DNA from: Zoogloeaceae bacterium
GTDB lineage: Bacteria > Pseudomonadota > Gammaproteobacteria > Burkholderiales > Rhodocyclaceae
Reading direction: 5' to 3'
DNA length: 36,186 bases
NCBI GenBank assembly: GCA_031274855.1
Contig: JAISPO010000012.1
Span: 1-36,186 of the forward strand
Below the pieces are notes generated by a model. It was given only the letters and a program-made list of their open reading frames with translations. It did no database searches and was not told where the DNA came from. The first letter of the stretch is position 1, and each line of letters begins with the position of its first letter. This document shows, in pieces, positions 7,581-19,281 of this stretch. A program made the position numbers and the translations under genes.

Positions 7581-8243
7581 ATGAAACTGCTTAACGAACT
7601 TTTCGAAAACAACCGGCGCTGGGCAGCGGACACGGCGGCGACCGACCCCGAATTTTTCTCGCGTCTGGAACAGCTACAGTCGCCGCGTTATTTCTGGATC
7701 GGCTGCTCGGACAGCCGTGTACCGGCCAACCAGATCACCGGCCTCGCGCCGGGCGAAGTGTTCGTGCACCGGAATGTTGCCAATGTCGTCGTCCATACCG
7801 ATCTCAACTGCCTGTCGGTATTGCAGTATGCGATTGACGTGTTGGGCGTCAGTCATGTCATGGTCGTCGGGCACTATGGCTGCGGCGGCGTCAAGGCAGC
7901 CATGGCCGGCCAATCGCTCGGCCTGATCGACAACTGGCTGCGCCACATTCAGGATGTCGCCGACCGGCACGCCGCCATCCTCGGTACCCTGCCCGATGAG
8001 GATGATCGTTGGCGTTGCCTGTGCGAGTTGAACGTCATTGAGCAGGTACGCAACGTCGCCCGCACCACACTCGCCTGCGACGCTTGGCGGCGCGGCCAGC
8101 AAGTCGCCATACACGGCTGGATCTACGATCTGGCCGACGGCGGCCTGCGCGATCTCGATGTCACCATGACCGGCGAAGTCCCGCCGGACATCGTGGTCGC
8201 CGGAGCGCTGGAACAAATACGCAGCCGCTACCGTCTCGCTTAG
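7581..8243 (+). CDS. can: Beta-class carbonic anhydrase
   Basis: FWIGCSDSRVPANQITGLAPGEVFVHRNVANVVVHTDLNCLSVLQYAIDVLGVSHVMVVGHYGCGGV is near-identical in pattern to E. coli Can. ATG 7581 is preferred; in-frame GTG 7572 is possible. Confidence 0.9.
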   Translation: MKLLNELFENNRRWAADTAATDPEFFSRLEQLQSPRYFWIGCSDSRVPANQITGLAPGEVFVHRNVANVVVHTDLNCLSVLQYAIDVLGVSHVMVVGHYGCGGVKAAMAGQSLGLIDNWLRHIQDVADRHAAILGTLPDEDDRWRCLCELNVIEQVRNVARTTLACDAWRRGQQVAIHGWIYDLADGGLRDLDVTMTGEVPPDIVVAGALEQIRSRYRLA

Positions 8244-11099
8244 TCAAGCCTGTTGTTCTTTCCCGCCCTTGCGCTTCGCCCTGGTTTGCAGCAAGGGGGC
8301 GAGGTAGCGGCCTGTGTGACTGGCGGGGATTCCGGCTAAGGTTTCCGGTGCGCCGGTGGCGAGGATGCGGCCGCCGCCGTCGCCGCCTTCGGGGCCGAGG
8401 TCGATGAGCCAATCGGCGGTTTTGATGACGTCGAGATTGTGTTCGATGACGACAATGGTGTTGCCATGGTCGCGCAGCCGGTGCAGCACCGAAAGCAGCA
8501 TTTCGATGTCCTGAAAGTGCAGGCCGGTAGTCGGTTCGTCGAGGATGTAGAGCGTGCGGCCGGTGTCGCGTTTCGAGAGTTCCAGCGCGAGTTTGACGCG
8601 CTGCGCTTCGCCGCCGGAGAGCGTGGTGGCCGACTGACCGAGCTGGATGTAGGAAAGGCCGACATCCATCAGCGTTTGAAGTTTCTTCGCTACCACCGGC
8701 ACCGGCGCGAAGAATTCGTGCGCCTGTTCGACAGTCATTTGCAGTACTTCGTAAATGGTCTTGCCCTTGTAGCGCACGTCGAGCGTTTCGCGGTTGTAAC
8801 GCTTGCCGTGACAGACGTCGCAAGACACATAGATGTCGGGCAGGAAGTGCATTTCGACTTTAATCATGCCGTCGCCCTGACAGGCTTCGCAGCGGCCGCC
8901 CTTGACGTTGAAACTGAAGCGGCCCGCGCCGTAGCCGCGTTCGCGCGCATCCGGCACACCGGCGAAGAGTTCGCGGATCGGCGTCAGCAGCCCTGTGTAG
9001 GTGGCCGGATTGGAACGCGGCGTGCGGCCAATCGGCGACTGGTCGACGCTGATGACTTTGTCGAAAAAATCCAGCCCCTCGATTTCGCTGTGGGACGCGG
9101 GTTCGAGCGCGGAGCCGTAGAGGTGACGCGCCGCTGCCGCGTAGAGCGTGTCGTTGATGAGCGTGCTTTTGCCCGAGCCAGAGACGCCGGTGACGCAGGT
9201 AAACAGGCCGACAGGAATTTCGGCGTCGACATTTTTGAGATTGTTGCCGGTCGCGCCGCGAATTTTCAGCACGCGCTGCGCGTCGATTGGCGTGCGCTTT
9301 TTCGGTAGCGCAATGCTGCGGCGGCCCGCGAGATAAGCGCCGGTCAGCGAAGCAGAGGCAGCGGCGATCTGCTGCGGCGTGCCTTGGGCCATCACCTGAC
9401 CGCCGTGTTCGCCCGCGCCCGGCCCCATGTCCACCACATGGTCGGCGGAGGCGATGGCTTCCAGATCGTGCTCGACGACGATTACGGTGTTGCCGAGGTC
9501 GCGCAGGTTGCGCAGGGTATCGAGCAGGCGCGTGTTGTCGCGCTGGTGCAGGCCGATGGAAGGTTCGTCGAGCACATACATGACGCCGGTCAGGCCGGAG
9601 CCGATCTGCGAAGCGAGACGGATGCGCTGCGCCTCGCCGCCCGAGAGCGTTTCCGCCGAGCGATCCAGCGAGAGGTAATCGAGGCCGACGTTGATGAGAA
9701 AGGTGAGCCGCGAAGTGATTTCCTTGACGATTTTTTCCGCCACCTGCGCCCGATGGCCGGTGAGTTGCAGCAGGTTGAAAAAATCGCGGCACTGGATCAG
9801 CGACAACCCGCTCACCGCCGGTAGCGTCTTGCCGCCGATCAAGACGTGGCGGGCTTCCTTGCGCAGACGGGTACCGTCGCACTCGGTGCAGGGCTTGGCG
9901 TTGAGATACTTGGACAGCTCCTCGCGCACCATCATCGAATCGGTCTCACGGTAGCGCCGTTCGAGGTTCGGCATGATGCCTTCGAAGGTGTGGCTGCGGT
10001 CGAAGCGCGTGCCTTTTTCGTTCAGATAACGGAACTTGATTTGCTCGCGGCCAGAGCCGTAGAGGATGACGCGCTGCGCGTCTTCGGTCATCTGGTCGAA
10101 GGGCATGTTCGGATCGAAGCGGTAATGCGCGGCCAGCGATTCGATCATCTGGAAGTAGAACTGGTTGCGTTTGTCCCATCCCTTGACTGCGCCAGCGGCC
10201 AAACTCAGGTGCGGATAAGCGACGACGCGCAGCGGATCGAAAAACTGAATGGAGCCAAGGCCATCGCACTTCTGGCAGGCGCCCATCGGATTGTTGAAGG
10301 AGAACAGGCGCGGCTCCAGCTCTTGCAGCGCGTAACCGCAATGCGGGCAGGCGAAGCGGGCCGAGAACAGATGTTCAGCGCCGGTATCCATTTCTACCGC
10401 CAGCGCGCGGCCTTCGGCGTGGCGCAAGGCTGTCTCGAAACTTTCCGCCAGCCGCTGACGCGCGTCGGCGCGCGCCTTGAGCCGGTCGACCACGACGTCG
10501 ATCGAGTGCTTGGTGTTCTTCGCCAGCTTGGGCAGGGCGTCGATATCGTGCACCTTGCCGTCGATGCGCAGGCGCACAAACCCTTGCGCCTTCAGGTCGC
10601 CGAACAGGTCGAGCTGTTCGCCCTTGCGGTTGGCGACCACGGGGGCGAGGATCATCAACTTGGTATCTTCGGGCAGGGTCAGCACATGGTCGACCATTTG
10701 CGCGACGCTCATCGCTTCCAGCGGGTTGCCGTGTTCGGGACAGTGCGGCGTACCGGCGCGCGCGTAGAGCAGGCGCAGGTAGTCGTGGATTTCGGTGACG
10801 GTGCCGACTGTCGAGCGCGGATTATGGCTGGTCGCTTTCTGCTCAATCGAAATGGCGGGCGACAGGCCCTCAATCAAATCGACATCCGGCTTCTCCATCA
10901 GTTGCAGAAACTGGCGGGCGTAGGCCGAGAGGCTTTCGACGTAGCGGCGCTGGCCTTCCGCATACAGCGTATCGAAAGCGAGCGAACTTTTGCCGGAACC
11001 GGAGAGGCCGGTAATCACGGTCAGTTTGTTGCGCGGCAAATCCAGATTAACGTTCTTGAGATTGTGAGTTCTGGCGCCGCGAATCTTGATCTCATCCAT
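8244..11099 (-). CDS. uvrA: Excinuclease ABC subunit A
   Basis: [53 protein letters not shown], two ABC ATPase modules (second [10 protein letters not shown]), zinc-finger Cys pairs. 951 aa from ATG 11099. The 21 extra codons of the 972-aa ORF are not UvrA-like. Confidence 0.95.
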   Translation of the reverse strand: MDEIKIRGARTHNLKNVNLDLPRNKLTVITGLSGSGKSSLAFDTLYAEGQRRYVESLSAYARQFLQLMEKPDVDLIEGLSPAISIEQKATSHNPRSTVGTVTEIHDYLRLLYARAGTPHCPEHGNPLEAMSVAQMVDHVLTLPEDTKLMILAPVVANRKGEQLDLFGDLKAQGFVRLRIDGKVHDIDALPKLAKNTKHSIDVVVDRLKARADARQRLAESFETALRHAEGRALAVEMDTGAEHLFSARFACPHCGYALQELEPRLFSFNNPMGACQKCDGLGSIQFFDPLRVVAYPHLSLAAGAVKGWDKRNQFYFQMIESLAAHYRFDPNMPFDQMTEDAQRVILYGSGREQIKFRYLNEKGTRFDRSHTFEGIMPNLERRYRETDSMMVREELSKYLNAKPCTECDGTRLRKEARHVLIGGKTLPAVSGLSLIQCRDFFNLLQLTGHRAQVAEKIVKEITSRLTFLINVGLDYLSLDRSAETLSGGEAQRIRLASQIGSGLTGVMYVLDEPSIGLHQRDNTRLLDTLRNLRDLGNTVIVVEHDLEAIASADHVVDMGPGAGEHGGQVMAQGTPQQIAAASASLTGAYLAGRRSIALPKKRTPIDAQRVLKIRGATGNNLKNVDAEIPVGLFTCVTGVSGSGKSTLINDTLYAAAARHLYGSALEPASHSEIEGLDFFDKVISVDQSPIGRTPRSNPATYTGLLTPIRELFAGVPDARERGYGAGRFSFNVKGGRCEACQGDGMIKVEMHFLPDIYVSCDVCHGKRYNRETLDVRYKGKTIYEVLQMTVEQAHEFFAPVPVVAKKLQTLMDVGLSYIQLGQSATTLSGGEAQRVKLALELSKRDTGRTLYILDEPTTGLHFQDIEMLLSVLHRLRDHGNTIVVIEHNLDVIKTADWLIDLGPEGGDGGGRILATGAPETLAGIPASHTGRYLAPLLQTRAKRKGGKEQQA

Positions 11100-11167
11100 G
11101 TCGGTAGGGGCAAGCGGGGTGGGCGACCTGATAATATACGCGACCCGAATTGCCAAAGCCATCCGGC

Positions 11168-12355
11168 ATGTCTTCCCCCGTCACCGATTCCATGACCCCC
11201 GCTGAACGGCGCGCCGGCGCATCGCTGGCGGCGATCTTCGGTTTGCGCATGTTGGGGCTGTTCCTGATCCTGCCGGTATTCGCGGTGTACGCGCCGACGC
11301 TGACCGGCGGTGATGATGTTCTGATGGTGGGTTTGGCGCTCGGCGCTTATGGTCTGACTCAGGCGTTTTTCCAGATTCCCTACGGCATGGCTTCCGACCG
11401 CTATGGCCGCAAGCCCGTCATCGTTGCGGGCCTCCTGCTATTCGCGGCGGGCAGCTTTTTGGCGGCGGCGGCGGACAGCATTCTCTGGGTAATCATCGGC
11501 CGCGTCATTCAGGGCGCGGGCGCTATTTCCGCCGCGGTCACGGCGCTGGCCGCCGATCTCACGCGCGAGCAGCACCGTACCAAGGCAATGGCCATGATCG
11601 GGTCCACCATCGGTTTGGTGTTTGCCCTCTCGCTGGTTGCCGCGCCGCTGCTCTACACGCACATCGGCATGTCCGGCATTTTCGTCCTCACGGGAGCGCT
11701 GGCTCTTGGCGCGATCATCCTGCTGTTCACCGCAGTGCCGGCCCCGCCGCGAGCCGAGGTTGCGCCGCGCGTGCCTTTTGCGCTGGTGTTGCGCGATGGC
11801 CGGCTGGCGCGGATGAATTTCGGCGTGCTGGCGCTGCACCTGATGCAGACGGCGTTGTGGGTGGTGGTGCCGCGCCTGCTGACCGATACCGGCGGCATGG
11901 CGGTATCCGGCCACTGGCAGGTTTATTTGCCGGCCGTCGTGTTGTCGTTTGCTGTCATGGTGCCTGCCATCATCGCCGCCGAAAAGCGCGGGCGCATGAA
12001 GCCGGTATTCGTCGGCGCCATCGCGCTGTTGCTGCTCGTTCAACTCGGTTTTGCCTTCACAGCGAGCAGCCTCACGGCCATTGCCACCTGGCTGGTGCTG
12101 TTCTTCATCGGCTTCAATGTGATGGAGGCGCTGCAACCCTCGCTGATCTCGAAGCTCGCGCCGCCTGCCGCCAAGGGCGCTGCCCTCGGCATCTACAACA
12201 CCACGCAATCCATCGGCCTGTTCATTGGCGGCGCGCTCGGCGGATTGCTGTACAAGTACTTCGGCGTTGCGGCGGTACATGGTTTCTGCGCCGCCATCGC
12301 CGCGCTCTGGCTGCTGCTCGCGGCGACCATGGAAATACCCGCGCGCAAAAATTGA
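11168..12355 (+). CDS. MFS transporter
   Basis: About 395 aa and about 12 hydrophobic segments. MFS loop motif [13 protein letters not shown] between TM2 and TM3. Start ambiguous: TTG 11150, ATG 11168 or ATG 11192. Confidence 0.8.
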   Translation: MSSPVTDSMTPAERRAGASLAAIFGLRMLGLFLILPVFAVYAPTLTGGDDVLMVGLALGAYGLTQAFFQIPYGMASDRYGRKPVIVAGLLLFAAGSFLAAAADSILWVIIGRVIQGAGAISAAVTALAADLTREQHRTKAMAMIGSTIGLVFALSLVAAPLLYTHIGMSGIFVLTGALALGAIILLFTAVPAPPRAEVAPRVPFALVLRDGRLARMNFGVLALHLMQTALWVVVPRLLTDTGGMAVSGHWQVYLPAVVLSFAVMVPAIIAAEKRGRMKPVFVGAIALLLLVQLGFAFTASSLTAIATWLVLFFIGFNVMEALQPSLISKLAPPAAKGAALGIYNTTQSIGLFIGGALGGLLYKYFGVAAVHGFCAAIAALWLLLAATMEIPARKN

Positions 12356-12381
12356 CGTTCAAAAACTCGGGAGCCTTGACT

Positions 12382-13362
12382 ATGCCTTTCAGTTTTGACA
12401 ACAACGCCCAGTCCATCGGCAATACTCCGCTGGTTCACCTCAACCGCATTCTCGACGGCGCATCGGCCACAGTGTTGGCCAAGCTCGAAAGCCGCAATCC
12501 GGCGGCCTCGGTCAAAGACCGCGTCGGCGCGGCGATGGTGGAAGATGCGCTCAAGCGCGGCCTGCTCGGCGCGGGCAAGGAAATTATCGAGCCGACTTCC
12601 GGCAACACGGGCATCGCGCTGGCCTTTGTCGCTGCGGCGCGCGGCATCCCGATCACTCTGACCATGCCCGATACCATGAGCATCGAGCGGCGCAAGCTGC
12701 TGGCGGCCTACGGCGCGAAACTGGTGCTGACCGAGGGCGCCAAGGGCATGAAGGGCGCGATTGCCAAGGCCGAGGAAATCGCGGCTTCCGCGCCGGATCG
12801 CTATGTGCTGCTGCAACAGTTCAAAAATCCGGCCAACCCCGCGATTCATGAGACCACCACCGGCCCCGAAATCTGGCGCGATACCGAGGGCAAAATCGAC
12901 ATCCTCGTCGCCGGTGTCGGCACCGGCGGCACCCTCACCGGCATCAGCCGCTACATCAAAAAGACATGCGGCAAGGCGATCCAATCGGTTGCCGTCGAAC
13001 CCGCCGCCAGCCCTGTGTTGACCCAGACGCGCAAGGGCGAGCCGGTACAGTCCGCCCCGCACAAAATTCAGGGCATAGGCGCCGGCTTCGTGCCGGACGC
13101 GCTCGACATGACGCTGATCGACAGCGTTGAGACCGTCACCAACGAGGATGCGATCCTGTATGCGCGGCGGCTGGCGAAGGAGGAGGGCATTCTCTCCGGC
13201 ATCTCCTGTGGCGCGGCAGCGGCCGCCGCCACGCGCCTTGCCAGGCTGCCGGAAAACGCGGGCAAAACCATTGTCGTCATCCTGCCCGATTCGGGCGAGC
13301 GTTATCTCTCGTCGGCGCTGTTCGAAGGCGCTTTCGATCCGGCAACGGGGCTTGCCATCTAG
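12382..13362 (+). CDS. cysK: Cysteine synthase A (O-acetylserine sulfhydrylase)
   Basis: 326 aa from ATG 12382 (GGGAG RBS). [23 protein letters not shown] (PLP lysine), [32 protein letters not shown]. Colinear with E. coli CysK. The upstream part of the 501-aa ORF is off-frame read-through of the MFS gene. Confidence 0.9.
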   Translation: MPFSFDNNAQSIGNTPLVHLNRILDGASATVLAKLESRNPAASVKDRVGAAMVEDALKRGLLGAGKEIIEPTSGNTGIALAFVAAARGIPITLTMPDTMSIERRKLLAAYGAKLVLTEGAKGMKGAIAKAEEIAASAPDRYVLLQQFKNPANPAIHETTTGPEIWRDTEGKIDILVAGVGTGGTLTGISRYIKKTCGKAIQSVAVEPAASPVLTQTRKGEPVQSAPHKIQGIGAGFVPDALDMTLIDSVETVTNEDAILYARRLAKEEGILSGISCGAAAAAATRLARLPENAGKTIVVILPDSGERYLSSALFEGAFDPATGLAI

Positions 13363-13423
13363 GCACGCAGAGCGGTTAGAATCGCCACACCCATTTTCGT
13401 GGTGACCTTAGGAGGGCAGTGCA

Positions 13424-13873
13424 ATGGCTTCGGTTAACAAAGTAATCATCGTCGGCAACCTTGGCGCTGACCCCGAGACGCGCTACATGCCCAACGGCGA
13501 TGCCGTGTGCAACATCCGCGTGGCGACGACGGAAAGCTGGAAGGACAAGCAGACCGGCGAAAAGAAGGAAATCACCGAATGGCATCGTGTGGTTTTCTAC
13601 CGCAAGCTCGCCGAAATCGCCGGTCAGTATCTGAAGAAAGGCTCACAGGTCTATCTCGAGGGCCGCATCCGCACCCGCAAATGGCAAGACAAGGAAACCG
13701 GCGCCGACCGCTACTCCACCGACATCGAAGCCAACGAAATGCAAATGCTGGGCCGCCGCGAAGGCATGGGCGACGCCCCCCCCCGCGAGAACAACAGCCC
13801 AGCGCCATCCAAACCCGCCCCCCAATCCTCCGGCAGCGGCTTCAACGACTTCGAGGACGATATTCCGTTCTGA
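13424..13873 (+). CDS. ssb: Single-stranded DNA-binding protein
   Basis: [34 protein letters not shown] (OB fold), Pro/Gly/Ser-rich linker, canonical acidic tip [17 protein letters not shown] upstream. Confidence 0.95.
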   Translation: MASVNKVIIVGNLGADPETRYMPNGDAVCNIRVATTESWKDKQTGEKKEITEWHRVVFYRKLAEIAGQYLKKGSQVYLEGRIRTRKWQDKETGADRYSTDIEANEMQMLGRREGMGDAPPRENNSPAPSKPAPQSSGSGFNDFEDDIPF

Positions 13874-13896
13874 GCGGTGTACCAGTAATCAAAGAT

Positions 13897-14604
13897 TCAG
13901 AACTCGTGGCGGCGCAGGCGGTGCAGATCCAGAATCGTGATGCTGCGCCCATGAACTTCAATGAAGCCGGACGCGACCAGTTCGTGCAGGATGCGCGAGA
14001 AGGTTTCCGGCGTCAGGTTCAGGCGGGACGCGAGGATGTGTTTCGAGGTCGGTAATTTGATCTCGATGCGATTGCGGGTGTCGTTCTCGTGCGGGCTATG
14101 CTGGAGCAGGTAGCCGATCAGGCGCTGGGTGCTCGAATGCAGGGTATACGCCTCTATATCGGTGATCAGCGAGTACAGATGCGACGAAAGTTCGGCGAGC
14201 ATGCGACGCGCGAACGTGGGATTGGCGTTGATGAGCTGGGAAACCGCATCCTTGCTGATATGCAGGAGCTGGCTGTCGAGCAGGGCTTCGGCAAAAACCG
14301 GAAATGGGCTGTTCATGAGCATCGCTTCTTCGCCAAAGCTCTGCTGCGGCCCGATGATTTCCAGCACTTTTTCATTGCCCTGCGCGGATGGCAGGGCCAG
14401 CTTGATCTGGCCGGTGATGACGATATAGAAACCGTGCGAGGGATCGCCTTTCTGGAACAATATTTCACCCCGCGCGAGGTATTTCCCCCGGGTCGCGCTG
14501 GCGACACGCTCAATCTGGTCTTGCGCCAGCGCCGAGAAAAGCGGCAAGCGCGACAATACGGCGGGTATGACAAGATTGGGGATCGGTTTGTTTCCGGTGG
14601 GCAT
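13897..14604 (-). CDS. Crp/Fnr family transcriptional regulator
   Basis: 235 aa. cNMP-binding-like domain (LPLFSAL..GEILFQKGDP..FYIVITGQIKL..GPQQSFGE) and C-terminal HTH (SKHILASRLNLTPETFSRILHEL). No N-terminal Cys cluster, so not an Fnr-type O2 sensor. Confidence 0.85.
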   Translation of the reverse strand: MPTGNKPIPNLVIPAVLSRLPLFSALAQDQIERVASATRGKYLARGEILFQKGDPSHGFYIVITGQIKLALPSAQGNEKVLEIIGPQQSFGEEAMLMNSPFPVFAEALLDSQLLHISKDAVSQLINANPTFARRMLAELSSHLYSLITDIEAYTLHSSTQRLIGYLLQHSPHENDTRNRIEIKLPTSKHILASRLNLTPETFSRILHELVASGFIEVHGRSITILDLHRLRRHEF

Positions 14605-14642
14605 TCAAAGATCCTTTAGCGTACCTTGTCGCCGTTGCTTGC

Positions 14643-15128
14643 CTAAAGACGGCGAATTTTCTCCAGAAGTAAAGTGGTTGAGCGTTGATGGATGAATGGA
14701 ATGGAATGCACGCGGCCACCCCAATCCAGTACTTCGCGCGCGCCGACGATACGGTCGACCGGCCAGTCGCCGCCTTTGACCAGAATGTCAGGACGGGCTT
14801 CGAGGATGCGCGTGATCGGTGTGTCCTCGTCGAACCAGGTGACCAGCGATACGCATTCAAGCGCCGCCAGCATGGCCAGACGATCCGCCAAGATGTTGAT
14901 GGGCCGGTCTTCGCCTTTGCCCTGACGCTTTACCGATGCGTCCGAATTGACCGCGACGAGCAGGCTCGCGCCAAGCGCGCGAGCTTGGGCGAGATAGGTG
15001 GCATGACCGCGATGGAGGATGTCGAAACAGCCATTGGTGAACGCCAGCGGCCGCGGCAGCGCGGCGACACGGGCCTTGAGGTCAGCCGGAGCGCAGATCT
15101 TGGCTTCAAAGGCCGGCGCGGCATTCAT
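14643..15128 (-). CDS. rfaE2: D-glycero-beta-D-manno-heptose 1-phosphate adenylyltransferase (RfaE domain II / HldC)
   Basis: 161 aa from ATG 15128. Cytidylyltransferase motif FTNGCFDILHRGHATYL, then VAVNSDASVKRQKG-like and ILVKGGDW. The longer 175-aa ORF start would overlap the dolP stop. Confidence 0.85.
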   Translation of the reverse strand: MNAAPAFEAKICAPADLKARVAALPRPLAFTNGCFDILHRGHATYLAQARALGASLLVAVNSDASVKRQGKGEDRPINILADRLAMLAALECVSLVTWFDEDTPITRILEARPDILVKGGDWPVDRIVGAREVLDWGGRVHSIPFIHQRSTTLLLEKIRRL

Positions 15129-15132
15129 CGGT

Positions 15133-16406
<1,274 letters not shown>

Positions 16407-16440
16407 TTAAAAGACGACAAACACTTCGATCAACAGGCCG

Positions 16441-16794
16441 CTAATCAGCAGAGAACGCGTCACGCAGCCATTCAAGTTTTTGTCCATCCAGCAATACGCA
16501 GTCGAAGCGGCAGGGGCTCTCCGCATACTGGCGGTGCCGCGCCAGCCAGTACCGCGCCGCCAGAATAATTTTGGCCTGCTTGGCCGCAGTGATGCTGGCC
16601 GCCGCGCCGCCGAAACCGGCATGGCAGCGTAAACGCACCTCGACAAATACCACTGCCGGGCCGTCAAGGCAGATCAGATCGACTTCTCCGCGGCGTATCC
16701 GAAAATTGCGGTCGACGACGCGCAGGCCGCGCCCGGCGAGATAACCGGCGGCAATTTCCTCGGCGGCGGGGCCGCTGGCTTGTGTTGCGCTCAT
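16441..16794 (-). CDS. yraN: YraN family (UPF0102) endonuclease-like protein
   Basis: 117 aa from ATG 16794. GEVDLICLDGPAVVFVEVRLR..ITAAKQAKIILAARYWL..CRFDCVLL fits UPF0102. The rest of the 344-aa ORF is Arg-rich antisense of rsmI. Confidence 0.8.
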   Translation of the reverse strand: MSATQASGPAAEEIAAGYLAGRGLRVVDRNFRIRRGEVDLICLDGPAVVFVEVRLRCHAGFGGAAASITAAKQAKIILAARYWLARHRQYAESPCRFDCVLLDGQKLEWLRDAFSAD

Positions 16795-16818
16795 GGCGCT
16801 GGGACAATACTCGGCATA

Positions 16819-17664
16819 ATGGAAATTCCAACTGCACCCACGGCATTGTATGTCGTCGCCACTCCTATCGGGAACCTTGGCGACATCAGCCAGCGCGCGC
16901 TCGACACGCTGCGCGGCGTCGCTCTGATTGCCTGCGAGGATACGCGCCACGCGCGCGCCTTGCTCGACCACTACGGCATCCGCACGCAAACCATGCCGCT
17001 GCACGAACACAACGAGGCGGCGGCATCGGCGCGTCTGCTCGACACCCTGCGTGCCGGAGGCGCAGTCGCCTTGATCTCGGACGCCGGTACGCCCGCCATT
17101 TCCGATCCTGGCGCGCGCGCTTGCGCAGCGGCGCGGGCGGCGGGTTTTCGCGTCGTGCCGCTGCCCGGGCCGAACGCGGCGATTGCGGCGCTGTCCGCCT
17201 CCGGCCTGCCGGATGCCCATTTTCTTTTTGCCGGTTTTCTGCCGCCCAAGCAGGCGGCTCGCCGCCGCGAGATCGAGGCGCTGAAAGGCATTCCGGCGGC
17301 ACTGGTGTTCTATGAAGCGCCGCATCGCATTGAAGAAACGGTCGCCGATTTGGCGGCGCTGCTCGAGCCGGAACGCACGCTGGTTTTCGCGCGGGAACTG
17401 ACCAAGCTGTTTGAACAAATCGCCGCCATGCCGCTCAATGAGGCCAGCGATTGGCTGGCGACGGATGAGAATCACCGGCGCGGCGAATTCGTGTTGATCG
17501 TCTCCGCGCCGCCACCCGCCACCGGATTGAGCGCGGAAACCGAGCGCGTGCTGAAAACGCTACTCGCCGAACTGCCGGTCAAGCAGGCGGCCAAGCTCGC
17601 CGCGGAAATCACCGGCGCGGCAAAAAACGCGCTCTATGAACGCGCCCTGCAACTAAAGGCATAA
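16819..17664 (+). CDS. rsmI: 16S rRNA (cytidine1402-2'-O)-methyltransferase
   Basis: [65 protein letters not shown]. Tetrapyrrole-methylase-fold RsmI pattern. Divergent from yraN as in E. coli. Start ATG 16819 (MEIPT). Confidence 0.9.
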   Translation: MEIPTAPTALYVVATPIGNLGDISQRALDTLRGVALIACEDTRHARALLDHYGIRTQTMPLHEHNEAAASARLLDTLRAGGAVALISDAGTPAISDPGARACAAARAAGFRVVPLPGPNAAIAALSASGLPDAHFLFAGFLPPKQAARRREIEALKGIPAALVFYEAPHRIEETVADLAALLEPERTLVFARELTKLFEQIAAMPLNEASDWLATDENHRRGEFVLIVSAPPPATGLSAETERVLKTLLAELPVKQAAKLAAEITGAAKNALYERALQLKA

Positions 17665-17671
17665 TGCAGCC

Positions 17672-18700
17672 ATGCAAACGCTGACTCTCACACGTCCCGA
17701 CGATTGGCACCTGCACCTGCGCGACGGCGCGGCGCTGGCTGCCGTGCTGCCGCACAGCGCCGCGCGTTTTGGCCGCGCCATCGTCATGCCCAACTTGAAG
17801 CCGCCCGTCACCACCACGGCACAGGCGCTGGCCTACCGCGACCGCATCCTCGCCGCGCTGCCCGACGGCGCGAAGTTTCAGCCGTTGATGACGCTTTACT
17901 TGACCGACCGCACGCCGCCCGATGAAATCGCCCGCGCCAAGGAATCCGGCATCGCCGCCGTCAAGCTCTATCCCGCTGGCGCAACGACTAATAGCGATGC
18001 GGGCGTGACTGACATTCGCAAAACCTACGCGACGCTCGAAGCCCTGCAACGCGCGGGCTTGCCGCTGTTGCTGCATGGCGAAGTCACCGATGCGGCGGTC
18101 GACCTGTTCGACCGCGAAGCCGTATTCATCGACCGTGTGCTGATCCCGCTGCGGCGCGATTTTTCGGCGCTCAAGCTCGTCTTCGAGCACATCACTACGC
18201 GCGAAGCGGCGCAATATGTCGCGCAGGCCGGCGCATACACCGCCGCCACCATTACCGCGCATCATCTGCTGCACAACCGTAACGCGCTCTTTCAGGGCGG
18301 CATCCGCCCCCACTACTACTGTCTGCCCGTCCTCAAGCGCGAGGCGCACCGGCAGGCGCTGATACAAGCCGCCACCGGCGGCAGCCCGAAATTCTTTCTC
18401 GGCACCGACAGCGCCCCCCATTCGGCACATGCCAAAGAAGCCGCCTGCGGCTGCGCCGGCTGCTACACCGCTCATGTCGCTATTGAGCTATACGCGCAGG
18501 CATTTGAAAACGCCAACGCGCTCGGCAAACTCGAAGCCTTCGCCAGCTTCCACGGCGCGGATTTCTACGGTCTGCCGCGCAACAGCGGCACGATTACGTT
18601 GATGCGCGAGACATGGACAGTACCGGAACATTACGCTTTCGGCGACGCGAAACTCACGCCGCTGGGCGCAGGCGAACCGCTGACCTGGCGGCTGGCGTAA
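17672..18700 (+). CDS. pyrC: Dihydroorotase, homodimeric (E. coli) type
   Basis: 342 aa. [57 protein letters not shown]. Matches class II PyrC. Confidence 0.92.
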   Translation: MQTLTLTRPDDWHLHLRDGAALAAVLPHSAARFGRAIVMPNLKPPVTTTAQALAYRDRILAALPDGAKFQPLMTLYLTDRTPPDEIARAKESGIAAVKLYPAGATTNSDAGVTDIRKTYATLEALQRAGLPLLLHGEVTDAAVDLFDREAVFIDRVLIPLRRDFSALKLVFEHITTREAAQYVAQAGAYTAATITAHHLLHNRNALFQGGIRPHYYCLPVLKREAHRQALIQAATGGSPKFFLGTDSAPHSAHAKEAACGCAGCYTAHVAIELYAQAFENANALGKLEAFASFHGADFYGLPRNSGTITLMRETWTVPEHYAFGDAKLTPLGAGEPLTWRLA

Positions 18701-18710
18701 AATCCGCGCC

Positions 18711-19076
18711 GGAAGTCCGCCAGGCAACCGCTGGATGCGTCAAAACATCTGGAGGAAAGTCCGGGCTCCGCAGAGCAGGATGCCGGCTAACGGCCGGGCG
18801 CAGCAAGCCTCGCAAGAGGCCCAAGGCGACGGAAAGTGGCACAGAAAACATACCGCCCAAGTTCGCGAGAACCGGCAAGGGTGAAAAGGCGAGGTAAGAG
18901 CTCACCGCGCCGCCAGTAATGGCGGTGGCAGGCAAAACCCCATCAGGAGCAAGGCCAAATAGGGGAGCATGGACGTTGCTCGCGTCGCTCCCGGGTAGGC
19001 TGCTAGAGGCTGCCGGTAACGGTAGTCCCAGAGGAATGGTTGCCCACGACAGAACCCGGCTTATCGGCGGACTTCC
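18711..19076 (+). ncRNA. rnpB: RNase P RNA, bacterial type A
   Basis: P1 pairing GGAAGTCCGCC (18711-18721) with GGCGGACTTCC (19066-19076). Universally conserved GGAGGAAAGTCCGGGCTCC (18751-), ACAGAAAACATACCGCC, GGTAAGAGCTCACC, CAAGGCCAAATAGGGG, CCCGGGTAGGCTGCT and ACAGAACCCGGCTTAT (P4 3' strand). Confidence 0.93.
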
Positions 19077-19213
19077 ATTTCCCCGCCGCTCTCTTAAAGT
19101 GTTACTTTCACTTCAGTTTCTCCAGCATTGATTTTCAAAGAAAAACTTTTCCGGTTTTTCTGCGAAATCGTCTCTAAGTCATTGTCCTGACAGAAAAAAA
19201 TCACGTTTTCCTC

Positions 19214-19242
19214 TTGACCCTCTCTTTTTTCTTCTCTAAAGT
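19214..19242 (+). promoter_or_regulatory. Putative sigma-70 promoter of the dcw operon (Pmra): TTGACC-N17-TAAAGT
   Basis: TTGACC 19214-19219, 17-nt spacer, TAAAGT 19237-19242, in an AT-rich spacer about 40 nt upstream of the mraZ ATG. Sequence-based only. Confidence 0.45.
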
Positions 19243-19265
19243 GGGGAGAAGTGGGGTTAAGTGGG
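19241..19265 (+). promoter_or_regulatory. MraZ operator: three direct GTGGG repeats at exact 10-bp phasing
   Basis: GTGGG at 19241, 19251 and 19261 (aaGTGGGGagaaGTGGGGttaaGTGGGAga). Same architecture as the E. coli MraZ-binding repeats (GTGGG separated by 5 nt) next to Pmra. Overlaps the putative -10. Confidence 0.65.
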
Positions 19266-19281
19266 AGAAAGTCAGGGCATC

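Noticed and set aside
11100-11162. Longer uvrA start (972-aa ORF from 11162).
   Set aside because: UvrA homology begins exactly at [14 protein letters not shown] (ATG 11099). The extra 21 codons would consume the divergent promoter spacer.
11857-12381. 501-aa ORF suggesting a much longer CysK.
   Set aside because: The first 175 codons overlap the MFS gene out of frame. CysK homology starts at ATG 12382, which has its own RBS.
16795-17475. 344-aa minus-strand ORF extending yraN across rsmI.
   Set aside because: Only the last 117 codons resemble UPF0102/YraN. The remainder is Arg/Gly/Gln-rich antisense of the clearly coding rsmI.
19140-19160. Hairpin GAAAAAC-N7-GTTTTTC as the rnpB terminator.
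   Set aside because: The stem is 7 bp but 5 are A-T, there is no following U-tract beyond the stem itself, and it lies 64 nt past the RNA end. It is too weak to call.
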